DNA of 64,000 nt from the human T2T-CHM13v2.0 reference genome, Homo sapiens. Both the position numbers and the translations under genes were made by a program. Shown here piece by piece: positions 14,911 to 29,767 of this stretch. The notes under the pieces were generated by a model. That model was not told where the DNA came from, did no database searches, and was given only the letters and a program-made list of their open reading frames with translations. The stretch lies in NCBI RefSeq assembly GCF_009914755.1, contig NC_060928.1; one strand, 5' to 3'. The stretch's first letter is position 1. Every line of letters starts with the position of its first letter.

Positions 14911-16224
14911 TGTTAGAGGGAATAAGGAGAAAAGCCCTGATATAAAAGTATACTTGATATGTTCAAGAGACAGCTCCGAGAACAGTGAGGAGGAAGCAGA
15001 GGGGTAGGGCAGGAGTGGTGAAAAAAGAGAGCAGGAGGTAGAAGGCAGATCAGCCGATCGTGGCAGGGCTTTGCACCTGCACAGTGAGAGGTTATTAAAG
15101 GGTTTAAAGTTAGGGAGCCAAATTAAAAACATTCAGAAAGCCTAGTGATAAAGAGAAATATTAAAAACTAATTAATACCAATAACATTTTACCTAACTGA
15201 GCTAATCGCCTTGCTCCCTATGAGAGCTATGAAAATACATTGCTTTCCTCCAAAGCACTTTGCTTGTTAAATCAAATGTTTCAGGGTCAAGGCTGTGCTA
15301 TATTTTATCAGTTGAAAATTAAACCTTGTGAATTAGAATACTATCTAGAAACAATTTCCTTCTCTGTTTTCAATTTTCTACATGCTGAGCTTTCTAAATT
15401 TGCATTTGCTTTTTTTTTAACCAATAAAGTCACATCCTTTTCTCTTAATTTATGTTACATCTGCAATATCAGGGTTTTCAAGTGTAAGACTTGAAGTTAA
15501 ATGGCAGCATTTACTGTCTTACGTACTAGGAGAGAAAACACATGTGTTTTTATCAGCTCTGCCACTGTGTGATTTTTAACACTGCATTTGTCTGGCCAGG
15601 CCTGCCCGTACTTCTCAGTGTTGCTCTGTGACATCTCGTCCTCCCGCTCACATTCCAATCGAGCTGCTCATTACCCTCAGAGTGGATTCCAATGGATGTT
15701 TCTTTCTTGTGACATGTGAAAAATCATTTTCATTCCTATTACACAAACCTTTCTAAGTTACCTCTTCAGGTTTATTTACCAGCCTCTTATTTTCTCCCTC
15801 CAGTCAAGAAGAGCCTGGTTTTAACTGCTTTTTTTAAAAAATTATAAATCTGATGTTATTTCCGTTATTGTTCCAATAGAAAATTTATTCTTTTAGACTT
15901 TTCATAGATTCAAATTTCAATACATTTTCTTAAATCACAATTTATACTTTTTTCTTTCCATGATATGTTTGATTTGTTTATCTTCCTCAATTTACTTTCT
16001 TGATACATTATTTTCTTTTTTCTTAGCTGATATTTACAGAACTGCTAATGACATTTTTTTCTAGGATAAAGAAATAGCTTTTAAACACAGAGAGAAATGA
16101 AAGAGTATAATGATTTGCAAAGAGACATTACTCAAGTTTTCTCTTGGCAGCTAAGAATTTTGAATGGGCTTCTTAAAATTGAAACAGCAGCTTGGGGACC
16201 ACAAACTTGGCCATAATAATGATT

Positions 16225-17250
16225 ATTTTTGTTCGCTCACTTATCAAATATTGAATGAGTCTTTACTATATATTAGGCATTGTGACAGATATTTTGGGAC
16301 ACAGAAATGACCATGCTTGGCATGATTTCTTGCCTTCATGGTACTTGTAGTAAAAAGGAAAAGGTAAGCATTAAGAGAAATTATATTATGCTCAATTATT
16401 ACAAGTTTAAAAAATTTTTCAAGGCCTAAAAGCTTGGTGGAAATGCATGTAAGAGGAAATCAGCATGACTTCTCTAAGGAGATGATGTTTACAGTGACCC
16501 CTGAAGAATGCATGCTGGTAACCTAGGTGATGGGAGTGGGGAACATTTCGGGCACATGAATTGGCATTTTTATGCATTATGACTAAAGCTGAGAGACTGC
16601 AGGGGGCAGTGTTAAGAAATGAGACTGAAGCATTAGGCAAAGCCAGATCATGGAGGTCATTGTAGGCCATATTAAGCATTTTGGATCATGTTTCCATGGG
16701 AAGTGGGAAGAAAATAAAGAATTTATAGCATAAATTTGAAGCTTATGACTTGCATTTTATAAAAGCAATGTATTGAAAATAATATGTGAAATAAATTTAA
16801 GAAATAAAAGAGTAAACCCTGGCATATTTTTGAAGGAAATAATTTCAGTGGTAGCTTTTAAATGAGACAAGAATGAATTGTACTTACTTAGGCAATATAA
16901 GGGAAGCATAAACAATAGAAACCAGTAATAGATTGTGTATGAGATGAGGAAAAGAAAGGAAATAAGGATGGCCTAGAATATTGGACTAAACAGTTGTATG
17001 GGCAATAGTGCTTAGTACTGAGCAAGGATACACTGGAGGAAAGCAGTTTTGAGTCGTGTTGAGCTTGAGACGTTGGTGAGAAACTCAAATGGAGATCTCA
17101 AGTGGTCATTTAGGTATATGAACCCGGAGCTGACTTGTCTGGGTTTAACACAACAAGGAAACATAGAACATAGAGACAATGAATGAACAAAGCCATGGCT
17201 TTGAAGACAGTGAGCCCAGGAAAGGGCCCAGAAAATGGTTATAGGCATTT
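16225..17250 (-). mobile_element. L2 fragment
   Basis: L2 3'-end motif TTTACTATATATTAGGCATTGTG followed by CCAGATCATGGAGGTCATTGTAGGCCAT. Confidence 0.65.
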
Positions 17251-17724
17251 AACATTCAAAGTTGGTGAATGTGTGGATGAATGAAAAATGTTCGTTTTGT
17301 CAGGTTCAGTTGAATCTGGCGTCTTACACAGGGATCAGATACAGGCAGGGGCATGTGACTTTGCTCTGCATTAAGACTAAATAGAGTATTGTCAGAGAGT
17401 TTCAAGTTCTTGAACTGTCCAGTAACCACATGTCTGGGGTGCAAACCTGAGAGGGGTGGAGGCCCATGTGAGCCACATGAGAGTGCTAGTTCCTGGAGAT
17501 TCAGTTCTGTCAATCTAAGACCCAGATGGGGAAGGCTCGTGAAAAACACTGGAAAAGTTTACCTCATTATTGAATCTTTTCTTCCTACTGGATGACTGAT
17601 TTGGGGAGGCCTTCTCTAAGTTGTCCAAGTCTCTAATGCAGAAAAAAAATGTGGTAAGGAAAGTAGAAGAACAAACTCACTGTCCTTTCTGCTGCACCAC
17701 AATGCATATTAAACTCTGGCTGGA

Positions 17725-18036
17725 GGCTGGGCACGGTGGCTCACGCCTGTAATCCCAGCACTTTGGGAGGCGGAGGCAGGCGGATCATGAGGTCAGGAGA
17801 TCAAGACCATCCTGGCTAATACGGTGAAAACCCATCTCTACTGAAAATACAAAAAGTTAGCCAGGTGTGGTGCCACGCGCCTGTAGTCTCAGCCACTCAG
17901 GAGGCTGAGGCAGGAGAATCGCTTGAACCCAGGAGGCAGAGGTTTCAGTGAGCCAAGGTCATGCCACTGTACTCCAGCCTGGGCGACAGAGAGAGACTCT
18001 GTCTCAAAAGAGCAAGCAAAAAAACAAACAAAAAAG
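17725..18036 (+). mobile_element. Alu (Sc/Y-like)
   Basis: Full Alu; TSD AAACTCTGGCT. Confidence 0.95.
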
Positions 18037-18352
18037 AAACTCTGGCTTGCTTTGATATCCAGAATGACAGAGGAACCAGAGTCAACCAATGTACTAGCAA
18101 CTTCATGTGTTGAAATAAGCAAAATTGCCTGATCAATCTTTCTTCCCCTTAACCTGTAAAACCCAATTGAGGGCTTAAAATTTAAATAGAAATTCAATTT
18201 TAATAAAATTGTACCTCTTTGATACTTATTTATCATTTCTATGTTTCTTTCTTCTATTTTTTAAGATATTCTGAAAGCATTAAATGTTGGCCGAAGGGAG
18301 CGATATCTGAAATATTCTAAATACCAATCAACTTAAAATCCATTAGTACTTA

Positions 18353-18745
<393 letters not shown>

Positions 18746-19149
18746 TCATAGGCATTGAGGGAAACTACATATTAGTAAAGTTTGTGGGGTTGAAAGGGTA
18801 TTGGCTCTTTGGTATGCAGTTGCAAATGTTTGCATGATTAAATTCATGATCATTTAATGTTAAATTATTAGGGAAAATAAAGAATGGATGAGGGAAAGAA
18901 TAACAATGATAAATTAATTATATCTCAGCTCCTTTCTTAGTGTTTAGTAGTTGGTTATCTTCGTGGGCACATACTAATTTTTTTTTTCCTGTGACTTTCA
19001 TGGACTTGTATTAATAATATCTAGGGAAAATCTTTCATATACATTAGAATATATTGCTATAATTTCAATTTATTTGAACTATTTAGATGAATAAGAGGAA
19101 AGATAACTGGAATTAAGTGTACTCCATGACCAACTAAGAAGTATCTAGA

Positions 19150-19560
19150 AATTAACTTATTCAACCATTCCACATTTTCTTATTGAGCGTCTGCCACTTG
19201 CCATGGCCGGCTCTCTCCTCATGCTTGGAGTGCCATAGTAAACAAAACAAAGTCTCTGCTCACATGGGCCTTACGTTCCTTTGAGGAGAAATTGTTAATA
19301 AATAAGCACAGGAGAAACAAGTAAATGTATAGAGTGTATCAGTGATGCTAAGGGCTATGAAAAACATAAAGTGGGGAAGTCCATGAAGATAGAGTAGTGT
19401 GTGTGATTTGATAGTCATCAAAAGTTACATTTGAGCAGAAGCCTGATTAAAGGAGAGAGGGAGACTTGCCAGTCTTGGGGAAGAGCATTCTAGGGAGAAC
19501 ATCAAGAACAAAACATCTAAGGCAGAAACATGCTTTGTTTGAGATGAGCAAGGCAAAGTG
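19150..19560 (-). mobile_element. L2 3' fragment
   Basis: TATTGAGCGTCTGCCACTTGCCA...AAACAAAACAAAGTCTCTGCTCACATGG...GGGAAGAGCATTCTAGG. Confidence 0.7.
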
Positions 19561-19968
19561 CCCTTCATACTCATCACGCCCTTGGTCAATTTTTGTTTTC
19601 TTAACACTGACCTGTCCTTAAGCAAACACTTAGAGGAAAAAATGAATTATTTAAGTAATGAAATCATTTTTATAGACATAGATATGATAGATTGAATATG
19701 TAATACTCTTTCTGACATAGGTGAGTATGAGAGTGTGTTTCTTTTTCAAATTATGCAATTATGCTTTTCAGTATAATGTTCCATTGAATGTTGGTTCAAC
19801 ATTCAGCAATCATCATGATATAAAATGTGTCTCTATTTCTGTGGTTCTCTTTAGAGTGATTTATTCTCAGAGCTGCTCTGCAAAATGAAACACATTCTTT
19901 AATCCATGTAAATACAGAACAATGAAGTTCTATACACCTTCAGTACAGTTTGTGTCTGAATTTTTCAG

Positions 19969-20074
19969 TCCACAGAGCCTGCAAAATGTATTGGGCTATG
20001 GAATGGTGGACTTACTACTGATTCCAAACTGTTTGGAACTGGAGATTTTTCTCACAGCTGTGGCTAGGTATCTG
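19969..20074 (+). other. Candidate spliced exon (probably non-coding)
   Basis: TTTTTCAG| acceptor and CTG|GTAAGT consensus donor, 106 nt; no recognisable protein. Confidence 0.3.
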
Positions 20075-22416
20075 GTAAGTGGTTTTAAGATCTGATCAGC
20101 CTCAATTCCTGAAACAGTTTCTTGCTTTACTGCCTTCCCCTGCCTGCCTCCATATCATGAAAAGAAGTACAACTTTCTCTTCCTGTTAGTCTAGCTGCTT
20201 AAAAATAACACATTCCAGCAAGGAGGGAGGGAGATTACAAGCAACAGGACATATGAGACTTGCCAAGGGGCCAGCATTTCCTGGCTCACAATTGCAGGAA
20301 AGGCTTTGCTCCGTTATCAATGGGACCTGGATGCTTTGATAGGCAATTGTTTTAAAAGCTGAACAACATTTGCAGTTGAAATATTGTGTGTGTGATACAA
20401 GTCTTGTGTGGAGGAAATATAGCACCAGATGGATCGGACAATAGTCTTGTCTGATGTTTTGTTCTTTTTACTGGTAATAAAATTAAAAACTCAAGAAATG
20501 GCCGTATGCAACTTTGCTTTTAATAAAGTCTCTGTTGTTTTAGAAAAGAATGGTGTAACTGTCATGAACAATACAGATTTCCTTTTCAATAATTGTTGAT
20601 TTTAAAATGTACTGAGTTAAAATAGAAATTGACCAGAAACAATAGAATGGTTGTGACACCATGATCATTTTGAGTAAGGACATTCCTTATGAAGCACATT
20701 GACTCCATCATCTCCAGCTAGATTAGAAAAAAAGATTGACTACTTAGAAATATACTCCCCCTTTAAATAAAATAGAACCATGACATCCAAACAATTCCTG
20801 CTATTTAAAGAATATCTTGACTAAGAGTGTTTTGTTCTTGATTCTGGCTCCTAGGGAAGTTATATAAATAAATAAATATATATATTTATATATGTTATAT
20901 TTACATTATATAGATAGTTATATAGAGAATGTAAATTATTAAATTTTATTTTTATTAAATATATGTATACACATATATGTTCTCCCTTTCCCATAAAATT
21001 CATTAGTTGTGAGGCTCTTTCTGGAGTATGGATCAGGAAAATAAACTGTAGGTGTATGGTAAATAGTAGGTGCTAAATAAGTATCCATGGCTTCCACCTC
21101 CTCTCCATTGTTGTTGATTATACTGAGAATTCTGATAGTGAAATTGCTTCATGAATCAGTATATATAATGTATACTAGCAGAAAGTGACATTATGATATC
21201 CCAAAATAAAGCAAATCATCCTGTAGAAGCTAGTGTTTGAGAAAGTCTGTCTATATTTTTTGTTTTGGAAATTTGATCCGGTGTATGTATAAATATCCTT
21301 TTGCCCAAATCTTTCAGAACATCCTGAATTCTGAAGATCCTACTTAAGTAGCAAAACTTCACATTTATAATATGCTTAAGTAAATGTATAGAAAATCATT
21401 CTATAGTCCTGCCATAATTCTTCTTTGATATATCCTGGAGCCCTTAGAGGTTAAACGTGGTAGGTAGAATCATGAGGGTAGTTTAAAGAACCTTATTTCC
21501 AGGGAGAAACATACTATCTGACATACAAAAGAAGAAAAAATATTTTATAATCAAGTCGAAGAAGTTAAAATTAAAAAGAGAATCAAGCAAAGTATTTAAA
21601 AAATTGACAATATTTATAAAATAGAATTAGATTCAGACTTAATATTTACTTTTATTTTAATACTGACTCCTGATGGAACTTAAAAACAGCTGGCTTTGTT
21701 GATCTAATGGTTCCATGTAAGGCTACATAGGCACAGTCAGAATCATTAAAGTTCCATTCTCATCAGATTTATGCTTGAGAAAACAGTATTCTCTTATAGT
21801 AATTTATTGTAGACACTTCTTTGTTTGGCTTAGATATATTATTAAAATGACAGAAAAGGATGAAATGAAATAGTACAGCAATTACACAGTTTAAAACTTT
21901 TCATTAATAGAGAAGGATTGAACTGCATCTTTCATTACCACCATCTGTGTTGTATATAGCATTTTAAGATTAATAACCAGGCGGGGTTTTGTTTGTTTCT
22001 TTGTTTATAGGGAATTCAGACCAAGATAGGTTTTCTCATTTCTGAAGAACATTGTTTAAAAAAGGACAATTATCTTTCTTGCACTGCAGGGACATTCTCA
22101 AGGCCTTCCCCAGACTATCCCTTCCCCAATAAACCTACACTGGTGCCTCAGCACTGACATATTTTTATTCAAAATAAAGAATACATTATCGTTTTACCTA
22201 ACCTAGTAAAAGATCTTTTTTTCTTTAGTGATGGCCTGTTTTCATCTTCTCGAATGCCAACTACAACATTGGTTTAAATTTCAATACCTAAATAAGACTC
22301 AGGGTGGAGAAAAGATGTCATCTGTGGTTTCCCAGCAATAATTTAATATTCTAAATTGCATCTCCTCCTAGTGGTCTCATAGAGTAAATACAGTTTCCAG
22401 TGTGGGTGGATCACTT

Positions 22417-22462
22417 GATTCGATTCAATTCAATTCAATTCAATTCACTTTTGTTCAATTCA
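22417..22462. repeat. (ATTCA)n pentanucleotide repeat
   Basis: GATTCGATTCAATTCAATTCAATTCAATTCA. Confidence 0.85.
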
Positions 22463-22644
22463 GTTTCACAAGTATTCATTGAATACTTTGGAACAGATGA
22501 TCACTCTTTGAGATGCAGATTGAAAAGTACAAGGAACTCCTATCATTACCTCAAATAAATTAATATTATGAGGCAATGATTTTAATAACCAGTTGTGGCA
22601 CTTTTATTTAGTTCTTTTGATCTTTTAAATTAAGTAGTAATACA

Positions 22645-22934
22645 GCAGTGGCTCACGCCTCTAATCTCACCACTCTGGGAGGCTGAGGTGGGCAGCTCGC
22701 TTGAGCTCATGAGTTCGAGACCAGAGTGGGCAACATGGCGAAACCCCATCTCTACTAGAAATACGACAATTCTCCGGGCATGGTGGCATGTGCCTGTAAT
22801 CCCAGCTACTTGGGAGGCTGAGGTAGGAGGATGGCTTGAACCTAGAAGGCAGAGGTTGCAGTGAGCTGAGATCATGTTTCTGCATGCTGCACTCCTGCGT
22901 GGGCAGTAGAGCCAGACCTTGTCTCAAAAAAAAA
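22645..22934 (+). mobile_element. AluJ
   Basis: Near-full Alu; TSD AGTAATACA. Confidence 0.92.
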
Positions 22935-23689
22935 AGTAATACAATTCTGCATTTCAATACTAATAGTTACAGAAACTCTCCTGTGCAAAGATGGCAATAC
23001 TGCTGAAACTAAACCAATGTTTGGCAGATAGAATCACTGTGCTAAGGTATCAAAGTCTAAATTCAGAGTGTTTTGGGGGTGATTGAATGTAGTGAAAAGC
23101 ATGGTGCAATGAAAGGCTTCTAGGAAGGCACAATGTTGGACCGGAAACACATTAGTTTTTTGACTGGGAGAGGGAATACTGCTTTCTAGTGCTGACTTTG
23201 CTACAATTGCGAGATCTCAGATAGTTACCCAAACACCTCAGTCAGTCTCCTCAATCAAAAAGTGACGGGAAAGACCAAGTTCTCCCTAGGGTTCCTTCTT
23301 GTACTGGATTTATACAATTCTGGTTTTTAAATTTCTACAGGATAATACCCAACTTGTTGTCAAACAGTGACGGGCTTCAAATTGTCTTTTGATTGCTATA
23401 TGATTTAATAGGACTAGAATCCCATTCCTTAGTGATTTTTCCATTATAGAAATCTCTTTCAGTTTTTAGTATGATTTTTCAAATGCAAAGTAAAATAATG
23501 TACAATACAGATTAATAGTGATATATGAAATAAATGTATAGTAGATAAAAACCAGCATATCTGCTTACCTCTCAATTATTAATTTAAACAGCAATAATTA
23601 CTTAAAATAGTCACTAATAAATTAATATAAGCACTTAAATGGTACTTTGTTAAATTATTAGCAAATGCAAATTTATGTAACTCTCTAAA

Positions 23690-23855
23690 CAACTTGTCCG
23701 AGTTAAGTATTATTTTTTATTTCTCTTTTATAAAAACAGAAAATGAAGTAACTTTCTCAAGGTCTGAAAGTGAATAAATAAACAAAGCTAGAATTTGAAG
23801 TAAAGAAGTGTCACTACAGAGTTCATGTTCTTAATACCTACAACTTACTGCCTGG
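23690..23855 (-). mobile_element. MIR fragment
   Basis: AAGTAACTTTCTCAAGGTC...GCTAGAATTTGAA...GTTCATGTTCTTAA. Confidence 0.55.
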
Positions 23856-24409
23856 ATGCAATGCTTCTAGCCCAATGGCCATGTCTGCCAATGTTACCTT
23901 CCATCACCTCCACCCCAGTGTATCCCTGACCCCAAACTGACCAATCAATCTCTCTTTCAGGAAATTGGAATAAAAACTCATAGCTACATGTGCTTGCAGT
24001 CAGATTAGATTAATGGCAGACCCCAGAGGACAAACACTCAAAAATAAGTCATAAGGGATCTTGTTCAAGTCTTTCTGGGGCATAGTACTTGAGATTGTTC
24101 TCCAAGTCTATGAGGTATTGCACTATCTTCCTTTAAATTTTCGATGTTTAATTTAGTTTTGGTTGCTTGTCATCTACAAGCATAAACTAATATAAACAAA
24201 ATAGAAAACAAATACATTGAACCAGAATACCACAATTAAAAAAAATATATTACAGGTACTCATCAAGACATTGGTACTGTATTTTGTTTTTAGAATATAT
24301 TTCACAATATAAGGTGAAAACTATGTTACATAAGTACTTTCTTAAGTTTCTTTCTTCATTCTCACTCTAGCCTTGAGCTTTTGGTCTAAATAATCCACCA
24401 TGGAAAGAT

Positions 24410-24482
24410 AGAATGAAGAAGGAAGAAAGGAAAAAAAGGGAGGGAGGGAGGGAAGTGGGGAGGGAGGAAGGAAGGGAGGCAA
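24410..24482. repeat. GA-rich purine tract (GGAA/GGGA)n
   Basis: Direct reading. Confidence 0.85.
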
Positions 24483-24751
24483 GTAGATACCCAGTTGGAA
24501 AGATGAAATTTGTACTAGCCTTTTCAGATAATTGTAGGTATTGTTTTTAGATGTTAGACAAAACTCAATGTGTGTAATTTATTAAAGGTAATTTGTAATG
24601 TGGAGCCTGAATATATATTTATCTTTTAGTGCTATTACATTAAAACCCCATTATTTTAGCTTCTACTTTGGGTGTTTTATCCCTGGATGACAAACTAATA
24701 CCATGCATTGGTCAATTGGAAGATATTGGTTCACTAAGTTGTAGCAATCTC

Positions 24752-25043
24752 TTTTTTTTTTTTTTTTTTTTTTGAGATGGAGTCTCACTCTATCACCCAG
24801 CCTGGAGTGCAGTGGTGCCATCTTGGCTCACTGCAACTTCTGCCAAGCAATTCTCTGCCTCAGCCTCCTGAGTAGCTGGGACTACAGGCACCCGCCATCA
24901 CGCTAGGCTATTTTTTGTATTTTTAGTAGAGAGGGGGTTTCACCATCTCGGCCAGGCTGGTCTCAAACTCCAGACCTCGTGATCCACCTGCCTCGGTCTC
25001 CCAAAGTGCTGGGATTACAGGTTTGAGCCACCACTCCCGACCC
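24752..25043 (-). mobile_element. AluS with a small internal deletion
   Basis: Poly(T) followed by the reverse-complement Alu body. Confidence 0.93.
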
Positions 25044-25133
25044 TTGAAGCAATTATCTTAAATCTGAACACAGTGTACTACCCAGTAGCTAAAAGTTGAG
25101 TTTATAAATATTGCTGCCAAACTCATCTCATAA

Positions 25134-26569
25134 TGAGAGGTGACAGTGTGCTAGCAGCCCTTGCTTGCTCTCCACACCTCCTCAGGCCAAGGCGTCCACT
25201 CTGGCCACACTTGAGGAACCCATCAGCCCCCCGCTGCACTGTGGGAGCCCCTCTCTGGGCTGGCCGAGGCCGGAGCTGGCTCTCTCTGCTTGTGGGGAGG
25301 TGTGGAGGGAGAGGTGTGGGCGGGAACCAGGGCTGTGCGCCTTGCTCATGGGCCAGCGCGAGTTCTGGGTGGGTGCGGGCTCGGCGGGTCCCACACTAGG
25401 AGCGGCCGGCTGGTTCTGCCAGCCCTGGGCAGTGAGGGGCTTAGCACCCAGGCCAGCAGCTGTGGAGGGGGTGCCGGGTCCCCCTGCACTGCCAGCCGGC
25501 CCACGCCATGCTCGAATTCTCTCCGGGCCTCAGCTGCCTCCCCACAGGGCAGGGCTTGGGACCTGCAGCCGGCCATGCCGGAGCCCCTCCAGCAGTGGGC
25601 TCCTGTGCGGCTGGAGTCTCCCAGATGGGCGCTGACCCCTGCTCTGCAGCGCCTAGTCCCATCGACTGCCCAAGGGCTGAGGAGTGCAGGCACGCGGTGA
25701 GGGACTGGCAGGCAGCTCTGCCCATGGTCCTGGAGCAGGATTAACTAGGCAAAGCCAGCTGGGCTCCTGAGTCAGGTGGGGACTTGGAGAACTTTTATGT
25801 CTAGCTGGGGATTGTAAATGCACCAATCAGCACTTTGTGTCTAGCTCAAGGTTTATAAATGCACCAATCAGCACCCTGTGTCTAGCTCAAGATTTGTAAA
25901 TGCACCAATCAGTGCTCTGTGTCTAGCTAATCTGGTGGGGACTTGGAGAACTTTTATGTCTAGCTAAAGGATTGTAAATACACCAATCAGCACTCTATGT
26001 CTAGCTCAGGGATTGTAAATGCGCCAATCAGCACTCTGTCAAAACGGACCAATCAGCTCTGTAAAACGGACCAATCAGCTCTCTGTAAAAATGGGCCGCT
26101 CAGCAGGATGTGGGTGGGGTCAGATAAGGGAATAAAATCAGGCTGCGAGCCAGCAGTGGCAACCTGCTCCGGTCCCCTTCCATTCTGTAGAAGCTTTGTT
26201 CTCACTCTTTGCAATAAATCTTGCTGCTGCTTACTTTTTGGGTTGGTGCCGCCTTTATGAGCTGTAACACTGCGAAGTTCTGCAGCTTCACTCCTGAGGC
26301 CAGCGAGACCACCAACCCACTGGGAGGAATGAACAACTCCAGACAAGCCGCCTTAAGAGCTGTAACACTCATCGCGAAGGTCTGCAGCTTCGCTCCTGAG
26401 GCCAGCGAGACCACGAACCCACCAGAAGGAAGAAACTCTGAACACGTCAGAACATCAGAAGGAACAAACTCCAGACACACCATCTTTAAGAACTGTAACA
26501 CTCACCATGAGGATCCGTGGCTTCATTCTTGAAGTCAGTGAGACCAAGAACCCACAAATTCTGGACACA
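25134..26569 (+). mobile_element. Solo ERV9 LTR (LTR12 family, C/D/E-like)
   Basis: Starts TGAGAGGTGACAG and ends CTGGACACA; perfect 4-bp TSD ATAA; GC-rich U3, tandem CCAATCAG repeats and U5 repeats. Confidence 0.96.
25815..26145 (+). promoter_or_regulatory. LTR12 U3 enhancer/promoter: seven CCAATCAG (NF-Y) boxes, a GATA site and the TATA-like AATAAAA
   Basis: CCAATCAG near 25823, 25864, 25905, 25983, 26024, 26049 and 26071; CAGATAAGGGAATAAAA at 26121. Confidence 0.75.
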
Positions 26570-27589
26570 ATAAGACTTGAAACATTGGGAAACTGTCAGG
26601 CTTATGGTAGCAAATACAAATCTTCCAAACCCGATTTTTTTGCTTATAATCTTGACTTGGTTGTTGGAAACAAATGTTGTCAGTTGTTTTAACATTAAGT
26701 TGTTTAACATTACATTTCATTCATTTTTGAGAAAATGTCTGACAAATACGCAAGTCTCAATAACTATTTTTTTCTGTCAGTCATTCTTTAAAGCTAAAAT
26801 GGTGTCCATTAAAAAAAGTAGCTGGTTCAGCTCACAACTCCACTGTGCAAGGGGCTCTTCTCATTTCTCACTTTTGCAATGTGAGAAAAACATTACACAT
26901 TTTATCATAAAAAATATTAAATACGTGTGTGCTCAATTTAAATGTAACAATATGATCGATATTTACTGCTTCATCAAAGATACATTAAAGAAAAACTGGA
27001 TTAAAAAATCTGAGTGGCAATGAAGAACGAAAGGACCAAGAAGAGTATAGCATATTTGGGTTTCACTGCCTTGGTCCATAATAAAACACCAGTAGTTTTA
27101 CTCAGCATTATTTTTATACCTTCAGGGCAAATGTTAAAACAGTGAAATAGGTAAATCCTATCTATTACTATGATTAAGTTACTATGAAAACAGTTTCGAT
27201 TTCATTAAGCCCAGTAAAATCTGTTGGAGTCCTCCAGACCACCATGATCTGTATTTTGAGAACAACTGACAAAGAGGAAGGGCATAGCTCTGAATAGGAT
27301 CAACCATATGACCTTGTGTTAATAAATAGACAAATAGATAAAATTAAAGTGACTTATTGACATTTCTAATAGTAATTATCAACCACAGGCGCATGACTTG
27401 ATTCTTAGGAAAGACGGTATTGTGGGTAAAACTGAGATCTAAAAATATCTCTAAATGATTTTCATGTATTGAGAGTTTTTGCTTCTTCTCCCGAAAAAGG
27501 AACAAAAAAGCTTTTTCCCCCCAAAAAAGAAAGTGGTAAATTACATTACTTACAAATGTCAAAATATTTAGTCTTCGCCATAGAAGAAT

Positions 27590-27870
27590 TATATATTCTG
27601 ACTCTATTGATATCAGACTTAACCACATGATTTGCTTAGCTAATGAAATGTGAGAGGTAATGGGTGCTATTTCTAAAAAGATTTAATATATTTCATATTT
27701 CCCGTTTCTTTTGCTGTAAGCCTAGTAATTTCCCAGAGTGAAGATTATGTGGCTTCAAACACAGCCAAATGATCATGTAACATGAGTGTAGGCAACAACA
27801 CATGGATTGTTGAAAGCCATTGATATTTTGGGTTTGCGTTTTACTGTTGCATAATTCAACCTGCACAGGT
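27590..27870 (+). mobile_element. Old MaLR LTR fragment (MLT1H/I/J-like)
   Basis: CACATGATTTGCTTAGCTAATGAAATGTGAG...TTGTTGAAAGCCATTGATATTTTGGG. Confidence 0.55.
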
Positions 27871-28152
27871 ACAGTCTCAGTGAAATGTGATGCAACAGTC
27901 ATAAGAAAAGCAGGCTAATGTAGAGATGCAAGGATAAAAGGAAGAGACCTCACTATGAGACAATATTAGGGGTTTCTGAGATAAGAAAAATGATAAGGGA
28001 ATTACAATTCAATAGATAAACGTAATTATCATTGGAAGAAATAAAGGACAGAATTCATGCTGCAAAAAAATGAAGTTAGAAAACTAAGTAACAACCATTA
28101 CAGTTTACACTTATGAACTGCTTATTATCTGTACCATATCTGTGCTAACTCT

Positions 28153-29678
<1,526 letters not shown>

Positions 29679-29767
29679 CTATAGAGATGAAAACATTTTC
29701 TTGTTTGGACCAGGATTTAATCCCATGCAGTCTGAGTTAGCAAGCCTTATCCCTTAATCGCTCTACT

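Larger units (their letters stand above)
13310..15120 (-). mobile_element. Fragmented L2 pieces, interrupted by an Alu and a Charlie element
   Basis: L2 3'-end signature ...AAATATCTATTGATGGCTTACTG...TGTGCCAAGCACTTTTCTAGGTGCTGG at about 13760-13840; purine-rich L2-like continuation at 14910-15120. Confidence 0.6.
24495..27268 (-). mobile_element. Charlie1a-like hAT DNA transposon, split by a nested Alu and an LTR12
   Basis: Terminus TTTTGAGAACAACTG at about 27268. Internal matches include TTTACTGCTTCATCAAAGATACATT, CATTTTTGAGAAAATGTCTG and CATGCATTGGTCA...ATATTGGTTCACT. The sequence is collinear across both insertions. Confidence 0.8.

Noticed and set aside
25133-25744. GC-rich cluster of overlapping ORFs resembling a CpG-island gene start
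   Set aside because: Entirely within the LTR12 U3; stop-poor because of GC content
25800-26085. Regularly spaced ~41-bp repeats resembling a CRISPR array
   Set aside because: They are the tandem U3 enhancer repeats of LTR12; there are no unique spacers and no cas genes, and the context is eukaryotic
26577-27023. 148-aa + strand ORF just downstream of LTR12
   Set aside because: Non-ATG start, antisense to the decayed Charlie1a transposase, and no recognisable domain
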